Shown here piece after piece: positions 25,698 to 26,575 of a DNA stretch of 26,575 bases. The notes beneath the pieces were generated by a model. That model was not told the DNA's origin. It ran no database searches and saw only the letters and a list, made by a program, of their open reading frames with translations. The number at the start of each line of letters is the position of its first letter. Positions within the stretch are counted from its first letter, which is position 1. The translations under genes were made by a program, and so were the position numbers. Location: IMG/VR virus record IMGVR_UViG_3300032050_000692, positions 1-26,575 of that record; one strand, written 5' to 3'. Source of the DNA: a virus. Taxonomy: Duplodnaviria; Caudoviricetes.

Positions 25698-26575
25698 ATG
25701 ATTTATTTAGTTACTAACCAGCAGAGTATGTTTACCTCTGCTGGTTATTCTTTGGCGACTGTCGAAGACTCAATAAAATACCTCAAAACACTAGACATTA
25801 TCGGTTTCGATACCGAGACTATGGGCTTAGACCCTTACACTAAACCTTTGCTGTCTATGCAGCTAGGTGATGAGCAAAAACAGTATGTAGTAGACTGCAC
25901 GACTGTAGATCCCAAAGTGTACAAAGAATTGCTTGAAAGCAAGGTTTTGATCATGCACAATGCAAAGTTTGACTTGAGATATCTATTTCACCATGGAATT
26001 GTGCCTACTAAAATCTTTGATACTTTTCTTATCGAGAGAATCTTAACTACTGGCATAGATACTGTTAGAAGATCGCTTGATGCAGTGGTGTATAGATATT
26101 GCAAAATAGAACTTGATAAAACTGTACGTGGCCATATTCATCGTGAAGGCTTGTCTACAAGAGTTATTAAATATGCAGCTGATGACGTTAAATATCTTCA
26201 CCAAGTGATGAGAAAACAACAAGTAGCATTGCAAGAGAATAACTTGACACGTGCTGCTAGTCTTGACAACGAGTTTGTTGTGGTACTAGCATACATCGAG
26301 TATTGTGGCTTCTATATGAATCCACAAGACTGGGCTAAAAAATGCGAAGAAGACAAGAAAGATCTTGAAGCTGTTAAGAAGAAGCTAGATGATTTTATCT
26401 TGGCTAATCCTGAGCAATATGCTGATTATATAGACAATCAGCTAGATTTATTTGCTGCAGGTGTATCTACTAAAATCAATTGGTCATCTTCTAAACAAGT
26501 AATAAGCTTTATGCAATCGCTAGGCGTCGAGACTCTTACTAAAGACAAGGAGACAGGCTTGTTTAAACACTCTGT
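25698..26575 (+). CDS. polA: DNA polymerase family A, N-terminal 3'-5' exonuclease part; runs off the right edge
   Basis: Not in the track because there is no stop in the window. Hand translation MIYLVTNQ...GFDTETMGLDP (ExoI)...HNAKFD (ExoII)...YAADDV (ExoIII)...LAYIEYCGF...INWSSSKQV. Confidence 0.9.
   Translation, partial: MIYLVTNQQSMFTSAGYSLATVEDSIKYLKTLDIIGFDTETMGLDPYTKPLLSMQLGDEQKQYVVDCTTVDPKVYKELLESKVLIMHNAKFDLRYLFHHGIVPTKIFDTFLIERILTTGIDTVRRSLDAVVYRYCKIELDKTVRGHIHREGLSTRVIKYAADDVKYLHQVMRKQQVALQENNLTRAASLDNEFVVVLAYIEYCGFYMNPQDWAKKCEEDKKDLEAVKKKLDDFILANPEQYADYIDNQLDLFAAGVSTKINWSSSKQVISFMQSLGVETLTKDKETGLFKHS

Noticed and set aside
1-26575. Genome-wide stop-codon reassignment (TAG or TGA), known in some crAss-like phages
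   Set aside because: All core genes are full length in the standard code. TAG and TGA occur as plausible stops (TAG at 15207, 18416, 22080, 25582), and no fragmented genes are seen.

Overview
This is a segment of a crAss-like (Crassvirales-type) phage of a Bacteroidota host, read with the standard genetic code. The minus strand (1-20413) carries the late/virion module in typical crAss-like order: RepL-like and winged-helix proteins, IHF/HU-like protein, putative small terminase, large terminase, portal, scaffold-like protein, major capsid protein, conserved gene-75-like protein, ring protein, auxiliary capsid protein, Cys-rich hub-like proteins, beta-repeat fibre, a GT-A glycosyltransferase and two paralogous fibre/spike genes. 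Bacteroidota TAnnTTTG promoters precede several of these genes. At about 20.4-20.8 kb the coding strand switches across a repeat-rich non-coding segment, possibly an origin or genome end. The plus strand holds probable early/replication genes: a GC-rich 98-aa gene, small membrane proteins, a possible SSB, thioredoxin, a spore-photoproduct-lyase-like radical SAM enzyme and the 5' part of a family A DNA polymerase. The most unusual signals are non-coding RNAs in this early region. A dense hairpin array at 21.2-21.6 kb contains a tRNA-shaped element and ends in a twister-ribozyme-like double pseudoknot with non-canonical loops. A tRNA-Leu-like gene at 23483-23568 lacks a normal anticodon arm. All product calls come from motifs and gene order read by eye; no searches were run.
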